A stretch of DNA of 64,000 bases, taken from the NCBI RefSeq assembly GCF_964355755.1, contig NC_092671.1:33056304-33120303 (forward strand), written 5' to 3'. A program made the position numbers and the translations under genes. The DNA comes from Antedon mediterranea (Eukaryota > Animalia > Echinodermata). Positions 13,601-25,870 of this stretch are shown piece by piece; position 1 is the stretch's first letter, and each line of letters opens with the position of its first letter. The notes under the pieces are model-generated. The model ran no database searches. It had not been told where the DNA came from and saw only the letters and a program-made list of their open reading frames with translations.

Positions 13601-16600
13601 ACGAATAAAGTTATCTTCTAAAAAAGTGCTACAACTGTATGTACTTTATTGCATGCTGTAATCTTAATGTTAAAAACATTTTAGGTTGGTCACTTTAAGG
13701 CCGGGGACACAAAGACAACAAAGTGTCCCCTTGATAGAGATCTCCTCTGAGTAAAGGCTTAACATAGTGTTAAAACATATGTTTCCATTGTTCTTTTTAT
13801 GGAAAAGTGTTCTCTAAATATTAAAGCCTGTCCTCCTAATAAGGCTGTTCGCTTAATAAGGCTGTCCTCTTAATAAGACTGTCCTCCTACTAAAGGCTCT
13901 TCTCTTAATAAGGCTGTCCTCTTAATAAGACTTTCCTCTTAATAAAACTCTTTTCTTAATAAGGCTGTCCTCTTAATAAGGCTTTCCTTGAATAGAGAAG
14001 TCCCCCCAATAAGGGTGTCCCCTGTATAGGGGGTGTCTCCTTAATAAGGGTGCCCCCTTTATAGGGGTGTCCCAAAGGAGGGATTCTGCTGTATCTCATA
14101 TGCTACTGGTTTGTTTTAGTCGTACCTATTAGAGTTGATCAAACTGCAAATTGTTTATTCCAGATCCAGTTAAGAAAGTAACTCTTGGTGCTACGAACCT
14201 GAAGAAGTCTGTTGGTAAGTTTTACGTTTTAAGTTTTTTCTCTCTGTGTATCATAGTTGGATAAAGTTAGATCTTTACACTAGATACAATGATCTATCTT
14301 AAATGAGTTCTAATCTAGCTGTTATGTATACAAAAATGTTAAATTGGTCACATGACAAGTGAAAAGTAGGTGCCTGGGCCACCCTTAGTAATTACCAGTT
14401 AATCAGGCATATGTGATATTTAGCCCCAGCTCAACAATGCATCAAAAGGTAACTAATGCTTCATAGAGTTTTCTACTTAATCATTACATGATATGTTGTC
14501 ACAGGGCTCACTAAGGCACGCCAAAGTATCAGCCAACTAGTATGCATATGGAGCTTAACGTATCAATTCTTACAATGTGATTGATCATGTTTCAGGTATC
14601 CATTTTCAGGCTGGACAGGTTCGATTAATTACAGATTCGAGTGGTTCCTAAAAGAACAGGTGAGCTTGAGCCAGTGGGTGCTCGATCATCAATCGTCGAG
14701 ACGACGTTTATCAAACATGCATCGTTTACAAGTGTGAATTTTAATCAATTGTCAAGTGGAGTTTAAATGCTTGAAAAAAAGATAATAATTGCGAAGGAGG
14801 TTTTAACAGAGATCAATCAATCCCCAGTGGGATTGTTCGATCATTTGTCAAAGCCTAGCAAAGCTATTTGTCAAGTAAAAGGGTTTGTTTTATTAACCGC
14901 TAGATACAAGAATTAATTATCAACCAAGCACTAGGATTTGCTATCTAAGCTCTAAGATAAATAGCAACTTAAAAAGCTGAACAAATATATCATCTTTTAT
15001 TACAGGTAAATTTTTCCCCCCAAGTAGAAGAATTAATGATTTAGTTTTAATCCTTTTATTGATATAAAGAGATATTCACTTTTACATGTCTAATACAATG
15101 CACCTGTTGATTATTTTATGGACATTTCTTGTCATTATTGGTAACCCATTCATTTCAAGAATGAGCCTTTAATTTAGTATTTAACCTTTGATATCGCCTA
15201 GTAAAACTAAACAAAGTTTTCAGACATCAGGGTGTCAACACTGGCAACTGTTTACAATTACAATACCACATCCTGGATAGGGGATTTTTTCTAGTAGGTG
15301 AATTTTCATTTCAATGCATGTTTAAGCAACTCAGAGGGACTGAGCTTATTTTGCCTTTTATTCCCAAATACCGAAGTCCTTAATGAGTTCTTCATTCAAG
15401 AATATATTACAAATGTATATGTATATTTGTTTCTTTTTTATCGTTTAAGATTAAAAGAAAGTCCACTATGTTTGTACTGTAAAATATGTGTGGATCTATG
15501 GGCCAACTGTCTAAAAATTAATATAAGGCAGGGAGCATTTCCTGGAATGAATGCTTTACTGATAAATTTAAAAGTAATTATTATTATTATTAATATACAT
15601 CAAAGATGCATTGTCTCCTAAAATAAAAATTAATTACTGATAGGATACTGTAGGTTATTTTGTAGTTTTGATAAAGTTAATCACTTCTATAGAAAAAAGA
15701 ATGAAACAAAAAATGTTTTCAAGTGCTTACAATATGACAAAATAAATGGTTAAATCCAACCAAAAACCCACTGGCTAGCAGCAGCCAATTTGACTAGCTT
15801 TTGTTTAAATTACTATTTTTTCAGGTAAATACATTTTGTTTCGGTCAAATTTTTGGTCAAAGAGGATAACTATTATGTGACATGAAAATGGCATATTCAA
15901 CAACATAAATTTTAACAATTATTTTTTCAGAGGAACAATACATTTTAAAATAAATATTCAACAATTATAAATAAGGAAACACAACAGAACATAAAAGACA
16001 CACATAAACCAAAAGTAAAAACCATAAAAATGATTGGCAAAAAAGAAACCAATATGCTTACTGCTTGGCCAATAAAAAAGGTTAATGACCACATGTACTG
16101 TATCAGTTAGTATCACACTATCACAGAAAATTTTTTTTTTATCTTTGAATGAAAAATAAACACCTGGATTCACAAACTCTATGGAGAAAAAAATCCAAAT
16201 ATTATCAGTAAATAAAAAAAAAATTAATATAAATAATCTAGGAATTAACTAAAAGTCGACTACTAGTTTAATTAAATTAAATTTTATTAAATTTCCTGTA
16301 AAAATTGAGTTGAATTTACATATTTGGGATGGATTTACATAGCCTGGTACTGTGTCGGTAAACACCACAATGCGTAAGCAAGGAAAACCGTGATTTTAAT
16401 AATGGATAAGATTAAGAGTTGGTGTTACTCATCTAAAAACATGGTACGTGTTGATAATTAGAAATATCGCAAGATCTAAGACACGTCAAAAAGTTGGATA
16501 AGACTTTCAGGTGAGAAGGTGTAATTAAAGATAGCTTAGCAAGATGAGGGTACGATGGAATGACATAAGAAATGCCTCGTAGCACGCTACGGGGTCACCA

Positions 16601-19600
16601 TAATTCAAAGCGTTACTTTCTTTATCATCAACTCGCAATCATTTCTGTAGGTGTTTCAACACTTCCTATTTTTCTCTGATTCAAATTCAGTTGTTGATAT
16701 TACTAATTCCTTGTTATTTTTTAATATTGATTTAAACTTTGATAGCATTTGGCCTGTTACTTTTGATAAATTATCAGTTGAGTTATTTTAGGCTTGTTTA
16801 ATCAAGAATATTATTATTGTAATTACTTTACCTAATGATTTAGTTTGAAAAATTCCTCTTCAATTTCAAACTTCCACAATTAGAAATCACTTTCTGTGGC
16901 CTAAATTATGGTACATATTTGGAAATTTTTTTTTTTTTAATATCAAACTTGCTCAACAAAAAAAAACGTTCTACTGTAAAGTAAATGTGCCTTGAAAAAC
17001 TGTTTTTTCGATGCATTACAATTTTTCTATCAAATCGACCCTTTGGTAATTATCAAAAGTGTAGTGCAATGTTTACCAAATAATTGTTCTTTACTTCTAA
17101 TTTTGTATCCTCTAAACATAATGACAAATATAAAGATTGGCCTTTGAACAAAATTGGTCATCGGTCAAACTTCTTCCGATACACTTATAAAGAGTTCTCA
17201 TTTCTCAGACATCATCTTTATCTGACTTGATATTACTACACTACCTAGTTTGTCATTTTAATAAGTCTAGACTGAAAAATGCTACAAACAAGTTGTGCAG
17301 TATTACCTACAATTCATCTTTGAAATAACCAAACTATTATTCCTAGCACTTGCTGCTCTGCACTGTACTGTACTGTACATCCACCTACAATACAGTGTCA
17401 TATATTGTTATATGTTATGTCTGTATTATGGTTTGGTTTACTGTATAACCCTTGGCCAGGTACCGCATGTGATCCGTTAGATGACTGCATATAGAACTTT
17501 GCTTCTTTGGTTTTTTTTTATGAACTTATTAATTACATACTAATCTAGTACCCTACAGTAGTTGGGACAAGCTCTTTTTCTGTATCTCACTTAAATGTAC
17601 AGTACCTCAATGGAAGGTAACTCTTACCCCCTCTACACACATTAGCCCTTTGATCCGTATACAATTCCTAGATCTATTTCTGAAATAAACTGCTCTGTAT
17701 CTAAGTACAATGAACTGATAATCTATAGAATGAGTGTTCAAACTGTTGTTATATTTTAAGTACAAATTTCCTATGTCTAGAATAACTTTAAATGTAATAC
17801 CCATCATCAAAATAACATCAAAACAATTTATAAAAAATGAAAATATACTATTTTAGGAAAATAGACTAATTATCACTTATAATAATCATCTAATTCCTTC
17901 CTAGTCAGACAAACAAAAATAGAAAACAATTTGTAATTAGAACAATTCAAATATAAATTTTGTTAGCAAATTTATTGCTATTTTTGTATAGTAGATAAAA
18001 GCTGCTTACTTACACATCTAAAAATAAATAAGTATTTTTCTGCACGTCTTATTTATTATCGGCAGTAAATTTTTAAAGTATAAAGAAGCAATGAAATATA
18101 ATTCAACAAGCACACAATTTAATATTAAAATATGAAAATAACTAAACTTTTTTGACTTAACACTAGTATAGTAAATTTCAAACTTATTCTATATTTATTA
18201 TTTGTCAAATTTAGGGCCAATACTTTAAAAATTAAATTTACATACCATACCATTTTTTTTTTTTTTTTAGTAATTTTCTTGTATGAAAGTTAGTATAATT
18301 ATATTAATAACTTATTAAAGCTGCAAAATGGCCTATTCAAACTGTGATTTTATATTAAGGGACAATACATCTTTAATAATGTTGGTGCTTCATTTTGCAT
18401 TGTTCCCCATGATCTATTGACTTGACACCACTAGAACCAACCATGACCTAGGCTCACCATATGTTTTACTTTCAACCACATATTTTTTTCCATGTTTTTT
18501 TTTTCCACAAAAACTTAAATCAAAAAGACAAGTTTCAGGAAAAAAAATGTTTATGAAATAAACATCATGTAGGATATTGAAATAAAACATCTGTAAATTT
18601 GTAAAAAAAACTGCAAAATTAATAAATAAATTATCATAATACCACCCAAGATATATATAATGATATTTTTTCTTATTTACATTTTGTTTAAACGTAAAAC
18701 TTGTGAAGTTTACTGCAGTAAATTTGAAATTAGTTTAAATGTATTTTTTAAAGTTCAGATGTAAACAGTTTAAACATAAAACTTGACTTCCAAAGTCTAC
18801 TAGGGTAGTTTAAAGCTCTGTCTACACTATCAATCTTTATGTGAAAAACAATTGTGATGTGCCCATATGGACATGATAATGTCATATCACTACCATATTT
18901 AGGCACAGTACACTAGTTACTAGTGTAGACAGAGGTTTTGAATGCATTCTATAACTGTACAGTATGTTCAAATCACATTTATTTTACTACATTCAAATAT
19001 TGGATTGATTGAAAGGTTTTTTGTTTGTTTACCAATACTTATTTGTATCGTTAGGTAAATAAATATTGATTTTATAATTGTATAGTTATTGTATTTCCTG
19101 GGTTGATATAGGTACAAACACTAATTTCAACATAATCATAGTTATCTGCAGCTTCTACGCACGTATACAGTTGACGCGGGCGTATTAAAATGCAGGCCTT
19201 GTCTTTTCAAAATTGTAGGTGTGCTACAAATTGCACTCCTCAATACATTCAGGGGTGCTGTAGGTGCGCTGTTTGTATTTTAGTGTGTAGAAGTTTACCA
19301 AATTTAAGCGTGTTGTAAATCGCACTCCTCAAGGGCAGTTTAGGAGTGGGTTAGGTGAGTGATCACTCTCGCTCGCCTTAAAAGACAAGGCCTGAAAATG
19401 GCTAGCATGATTGTCAACCTCTTGGCTGTTTTTTCTAATTTTATAATATAGATACTGCTACATTGTTTTAAAATCTGCTCTATCGACGTGTTCACATTGT
19501 TCATGCGAAATAAATGATAACAATAAAAGAACAAACTTACTATTTGTCAATCTGTAGCGTGTACCATGCTTACTAGGGTCAAGCATCTGAAGATGAACCA

Positions 19601-22600
19601 TACTAAGGAACCAACGGCGGAGGCCTAACCTAAAATTCTGAACTACAAAAAATTCTATTCATTGTTTTCCTGTTCCTTGTTCGTATATTCCTAACCTCCA
19701 ACTTTACTGCGAAAATTGACTCACACAGGATATTAATATCTGTGTCTTTAGAGTCTTGATTTTCCGGTTACGTTGTAAAAGTGGGAGAATATGCCCGTGA
19801 ATCATTGGTGTTGTCAGTATGCCATGAACTAGGCCCCTCTTTCCCCAGTTGGCTGTGGTTCAATGTCCACAGGTGTTCGGTGGCATTTCTCCAACCTACA
19901 TCATCACATTCTATCACGTTTGATTGGGCTTAGCATGGAAGCATTCTTTAATCAAATTGTTTGTTCATCAGGGAATTCCATTCCACAATTCCCTTTCCTT
20001 AAACACAGATACCACATTGTTATAAAATGTAGACAAAAACTATATTTCACATTTATAAAATAAAATTAGAATAATGTCTCATATCAAAAGGGAATAATTT
20101 TATTTATGATTAAAACTGTAACTCCTATTAAACAAACACCTATTTTAAGGGGACACATCATTTCATTATTAATAGTCTAATGGAATGCTATTGTTAGTGT
20201 TCAATTGAGGTTGTAATTTATTAACATTACACACAAGACATGTAAACATAATATTTTTTTGTAGACTGTCATTAGAGACCAGAGGCAGAGAATTTGAACA
20301 CAGGACCTTTGATTACGTAGGCAAGCAACTTCACATAAAAATATAAAAAAACCTTATACTAAGGAATACAAAATAAATACAATTTACAAAATTAATCTAC
20401 AAATATTAGGGGAAAAAATATAATTTTAAGAGTAAAAATTTAACAAACTGACATTGACAGATTTACACACAAAACGCATAACATAACATTTTTTTTGGCA
20501 TGTACAGTAGACTGTCATTAGAAAAGAGGGGCACACAAGATTTAAACACAGGACCTTCACATAAAAATATAAAAAAAGAGAACTTTATTTATACCAAGCA
20601 ATAACAAATTAACTAAAATCTACATGAATTATCTACAAACTTTAGGGAAAAAAGTCACCCAAACAGACTTGAACCCAGGATTTTAAGAGTAAGTCTTAAA
20701 ACTGACAGAATCACCACTGTTTATATCCTCCTTAAGAATTTAAATCAAAGTTAAAATCAAAACAGTCATGGAAGAAATATGATATGACCAATAACTTGTT
20801 CCGTTAAAATTATAATTTATTTAAAAGGATCTTGAATATTAGGGAAATGAATCAATTTTTGAAGATTATAATTTTAAGTTAGTTATAATAAATCATTTCC
20901 TTCATTATTATTTAAAAATAAGTTCCCTTTATTATTATTATTAAATCAAAGGAATATTGGTTTATGGATGTCATGATGTAATACAAATGTCACTATACAC
21001 TTTATAGTACCTTTGTGTATTTTCTAATATCTGTTATGTTACAGTAACTGTAGTTATATATAAACAAATGGTTGAAACTTATTTAATTATACTTTTATAG
21101 CTATATTTAAAATTTCTAAAAATATGTAACGATACTAATGGAACAAATTACAGAAATATTGTTCAGAATCCTTAATATAGCGTACTGTATACTGTACAGC
21201 TACAGTATGTACAGACAACAGCCAAAAATATAATTTTACAAAAAGGTGATCTATTAACTACAAGTACAGTATAGTATTAAGAGGAATGAATTTAGGGGAA
21301 ATGAGCTGTTAGGAGCACGTTTTACTAATTATATGGTAGGGTGGCCAGTTCCTTTCGACATCGCCTTATCCTCACTAGTATTTTCAACCGGGTATTTATT
21401 TACAGATGGGAATTGAATCTTGTATGACTACCCAACTCCTATAAAATACAGTATGTATGGAACGAAGTTAACTAAAGAATTAGAAGATTTTAAAATTACT
21501 TAACACTAATGCAATATTTAAAAAAATTATGACCACATATAGTAAACTTTGAATGACCTTAAACAGAGCCTACACTTCAAAGGACCCCACCTGATTATTA
21601 TAGACTCATTATTCCAACATTACGTTCAGGACCCCTCATCTGATTCTAGCATTGTTGTACAGTACAATGTTGTCTTAACCACAGGTGCCTCAACAAATTC
21701 TAGCATATAGTATCCCATGTTACACTACTGTACCATCAGGAACCCCACCCGATTCTGGAATATGGTGGTGGTATCACAACATATTATAATACCTTGACAC
21801 AGGACCCCTCACTGAATCTAGCATTGTAATAACTTCTACCGTTAATACCCAAGCATACATTTAGAGTAACCCAACCTTACATCATGAGCCACAAATGATT
21901 ACAGCACACTGTATTATCCCTAGCAAATGACACTCATTGTCAACGAAATCCTCAGGTAAAAACCAGACTTACCTTCATATTATAGATATGATATAGATAT
22001 TATCAAATACCTCCTTTTTATACCTCAGACGGTAGTACCCATCTTTGAAATAAACATATTACCACTACCTTACCCAAAACATAACACCAATAAACAATCA
22101 GTGTTACTAACTAGCACAGGAAATCAACAGTCAGTTATACCGTTCTAGTAATCTTTACATCTTAAATATAAACCGTATTTTCACTGGGCTACACAAGCAT
22201 ACAGTAACCCCTAAATTCTACTAACAAGAAACTAAATATAACTTTAAAAAGGTACTGATTTTAAACCCTACTTACCTTTGAAATAGTACCAGCTGCCGAT
22301 TAGCCCTAACATAGTGTCTTGGCTTCCTGTAGCATAGAATATATCTTGGTCTTTACAGTAGTACCATAACTGTACCTCTATTTCACCTAGACATACCCCT
22401 GCATTATCTTTAAGTATTGTGGGCTTACCCAAGCATAGAAGTATACCTTACCTGCATGCATTCTTAAGTGTTGATTCAACATATGGGCGTTGTTGCAAGA
22501 GAACTCGCACTGTGTGCAATGAAAAAGTGCCTGGCTACCGTTTCCCGCGACTGCGTTATCCTGCAAAGTTGCGTCGTCTGCTTGGCTGGACCGTGGCGAT

Positions 22601-22705
22601 GATGCACTGCTCAGAGATGTTTTCTTGGTTTCTTCATCCTCTTCCTCAACGTTTACTACAACTACATCGGACGCATCCATCTCCATCACTTCAGCTCTGT
22701 TGGGA
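10492..22705 (-). CDS. IKZF1: Ikaros-family C2H2 zinc-finger transcription factor (IKZF1-4-like), spliced CDS join(22452-22705,11591-12046,10492-10601); 3' part outside the window
   Basis: The spliced exons give four N-terminal fingers with Ikaros signatures ([25 protein letters not shown] finger [14 protein letters not shown]) and a KRKSSTP motif (vertebrate KRKSSMP). All junctions are GT-AG and phase-compatible. The symbol marks the family, not a specific vertebrate paralog. Confidence 0.9.
11591..12046 (-). CDS. IKZF1: Ikaros-like exon: fingers 2-4 plus KRKSSTP motif
   Basis: Acceptor tttcag|GGGAC, donor CCAG|gttagt; 456 bp, phase 1-1; corresponds to ORF 11586..12059. Confidence 0.95.
12740..13120. 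repeat. Minisatellite, ~18-20 bp units (GTATTAAGTCCACCCTGG / TATTAAGTCCACACCAAGTA)
   Basis: Directly visible tandem array. Confidence 0.9.
13690..14091. repeat. 17-bp minisatellite (CTTAATAAGGCTGTCCT) inside a probable Tc1/pogo-type MITE
   Basis: Tandem units 13838-14075 ending in ...GGATTCTGCTG|TA, a CAG-type terminus next to TA; left boundary approximate. Confidence 0.7.
18814..18936. mobile_element. PIF/Harbinger-like MITE
   Basis: TIR AGCTCTGTCTACACTA / TAGTGTAGACAGAG, TAA on the left; related copy at 63757-63847. Confidence 0.7.
19193..19394. mobile_element. MITE with CAG termini and 6-bp TSD (hAT-like)
   Basis: Perfect 15-bp TIR CAGGCCTTGTCTTTT; AAAATG at 19187-19192 and 19395-19400. 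Confidence 0.7.
20235..20720 (-). repeat. Degenerate ~247-bp tandem duplication containing tRNA/SINE-head remnants
   Basis: GTAGACTGTCATTAGA...ACACAGGACCTT...CACATAAAAATATAAAAAA occurs twice; B-box-like GTTCAA on the minus strand. Confidence 0.6.
21575..21830. repeat. Old degenerate minisatellite (~50-60 bp period, AGGACCCC...GATTCTAGCAT core)
   Basis: Five diverged cores near 21581, 21628, 21682, 21737 and 21800. Confidence 0.65.
22452..22705 (-). CDS. IKZF1: Ikaros-like exon: acidic N-terminal region plus finger 1 ([23 protein letters not shown])
   Basis: Acceptor ttcaattacag|TCCC, donor GCAG|gtaag; 254 bp, phase 2 to 1; joins the next exon as HAG|DRPH, a finger linker. Confidence 0.9.
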
Positions 22706-25700
22706 CTGTAATTGAAAAATGAAAAAAGAGCAAGAAAATGAGTCAGTTTTTTCCCCTCAATAAACAAGTGTTAATAAATCAACAGGACGAAAACAAATGG
22801 AGATATCAAGAGAAGATTATATAAGTGACATTAATAGATGACAAAATATGTTAAATTTGCTATAATGACAGAAGAAGTATACGATGATAATGAATGAGTT
22901 AAAAGTATCACAGATGAAAAAAATAGCTAAACAACGCACAAGCCCAGATAGATTACACTTTCCTTGGACAAACTAAAATGAAGATAATTTAAATTAAAGT
23001 AGAAGTAGTACTACAGTAGTAGTAGTAGATTGAAATAAACGGTAGTGGGTAAAGAAAGGAGGCCAAATGATTGGTAGTAAGTAATACTAGTTTAGGCTTA
23101 TATAATTTATGTAAAAAACAATGTTGATGTATAAATGTGGGTGTGTTAAAAAAAAAGTCTTTCTGAGAATACACTATAGTTATAGTATAGTCTTAGTATA
23201 AACATTTTATTCCAAGAAATATTCAGAAGCTAACGGATAATAAATGAAATTAAAATATACATCTTTTTTTTTACCAGGTAATATAACATTAATATACATA
23301 TTGCATAACATATTAAAATTTTGGTCCAAGTACCATTGCAGGTCGATTAATAGTTAATTTCTTTACGTTAAAATATATAATAATAAATATACGTTAAAGT
23401 AGTATTGTACATTAAACTATGTTCTCGTACTTACAAACGTCTACAGAAGCAAAGGGGGGTAAGAAGGGAAGGTGAGGGCATGTGCTTCATACAATGGGTT
23501 GAAAAAGAAAAACATTTAAATTATATTATGTTTAAAGTGATGGCTTAATTAATCGGTATTCAAGAAAAGTGTGTAGGGACTTAATTTAATGACTACTTAT
23601 CCAAAGAAGGGTACTTAAAACCGGGGCGCAAAATCAATCGCTTATTCACGCCTAGTAATGGTACTTACTGTGAGACGTTAAGTCCTGGCATGTTGACTAG
23701 GCGACGACTGCTCAAATAAACATGAAAAAGGGAATGACTTAAGGAATTGGGCATGATGAGTAATTTAATAATCAGAGTGGTGATTTCACGACACTTCCTG
23801 CGTTTATAACTCAAGCCTCGAGTGCTACTCAATGGGTACGAGGGGGATGTGCGTTAATTAACTGCTTACATATTTAATTTCGGAAAATCAAACTAAAAAT
23901 CCTGATGATTAGAAATCATAGGAAACTTTGGACAATTCCCAGATCATTATTATCGATATGGAATGACTAATTCACTATGACACGGTGCAAGTTCTAAACC
24001 TAATCATCATCTCAGATCGTCTTGTCAAAAATTATAAAAAGCATGTTTTGAATTATATTTATTATGTTTATAAAGTATTTAAATATTAGAGGTCACAATA
24101 TTTTTTATTAACAACATAAATTGTTTATATTATTTAAATTGTACATATTATTATTTGAAATTCTATCCACGAGTATAGTCTGAATGTTAATTGTTGTATA
24201 ATTACATTTTTAATGAGGAAAAGGAAACAGAATATAGAATAATAAAATAGACATGATAAATCAGTTTACTATTATAAAGACATCACAACAGAAAATACCA
24301 TAAAGAATTCATTTTGGTCCATTACTTCTTAGGGGCAGCAGATCCAGTAAGGAAAATCCTTTGATAGTTAAAAAATGTAATTTTATGGATTCCAACATTT
24401 AAACAATCTGGATCCTTCTCCTGCCTTTGATGGATTCCTTTTGGACTGTAGAAATAAGGGGAGTTTTAATAATAGCTAAAAAAACAACTGATAAAAATAT
24501 AGCTTATGGTTTTACTACAGAATCTTTTATTTGTAACTTTATTTTGTTATCTTTTGTTTTATATTTTACAAAGTATCTTATATATTTTAAAACATATTTT
24601 TTTATTATATTTCTGTGTTATATTTTGTTTTGTTGCCATTTATGATGTAGTGTTAGACGGGAAAAAAAAAAAATAAATAAACAAAAATTCCTCTGGTTCA
24701 GAGGCGTGTCCAAAAGGAGGGGTTCTCCTGCTACTACAATCTTTGACAAAATTACGAGAATAAAATTCCAATAATAAATTTTCTTTAAAAAAAACCTGCA
24801 TAAAATTTCCGATGAATACTTAAATTTCCAAAAAACAATGTAACACAACACTTTACTTCCTAACTAGGTCAGAGGATAAAAATATCTGCAAAGATTCAAA
24901 ATCATAAATTGACAATTATATCTGAATGTAAATTCAGTATTTTACGATATCACAGGCTTAAAAGAAATCTTACGGAAAGCAAGGATGAATCGTTGGATTG
25001 TAAAGCCCGCCCAGATAATTATTCCAAGTAGCAAGTAAAAAAAAGGAATTAAATATAGATTAATTTCACTTTTGCATGTGATATTTAATAACCTATCAGA
25101 TTTAATCATGTTTGAAAAATGAAATACATAGAATTATAATCGGAGCACTTTCAAATTAAAAATCATATTTATGTTCAGATGGTTTTGATTCGGAGAATTA
25201 TCATTTTACACTTTTACAACGAAAATACTTTCATTTCAACAAATCAATAGTTGGAAGACAAAAGAAAAATAATTAAATTTCTAAAGTTTAATTAAAAGAA
25301 TAAAAGAATAAAGAAGAATAAAAATATTTAATAAACATTAAAAAATGACATAAATGGATAAAAAATGTATTTTTAATAATCAATCTAATTTTATATAACA
25401 TTTTAACTAAGTATAATTTTATTTCTACAAAAAAAACAGCCATTAATTTGTATGTATTTTTATATATGCTGCACATCTTTTGAGAAAAGTGTCTCTGCTA
25501 TAAAAGAGAAACAAAGTTATATTGTTCTTATAAATTTAGTAAAGAATAAGATGGATCAAAACTTTGTAATGTCAATTGTTTTACAAATCAAGCAGCCGAT
25601 TTTACTTTTCTAAAGTACTGTACAGTAGGCCTACGGTTGCAAAAGTATGTATGACTATAATACGGTAAGTGATTTTCCAAATAAATTTATTTCAAAATTA

Positions 25701-25723
25701 GCATTTCATTCATGCCTTGCTCC

Positions 25724-25870
25724 CAGTGGCGTAACGGTAACGGCTAAATTGAAGGGCTTCGGAGCCTCAGCAGTCCCATTGCACTACCCAGTGGGCTTTC
25801 CCCTGTGTGACTGCTTGCTCTTGGCATGGCTAAACCAGGGGCCCAATTTCCCAAGTGTTACGCGGCTTGC
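25724..25870. mobile_element. hAT-like MITE (CAGTGGCGTAAC terminus)
   Basis: CAGTGGCGTAAC ... GTTACGCGGC; related copies at 54341-54493 and about 54728-54869. Confidence 0.5.

Noticed and set aside
21575-21830. CRISPR-like repeat-spacer appearance
   Set aside because: Repeats are degenerate, spacing is irregular, the context is a eukaryotic intron and there are no cas genes; an old minisatellite
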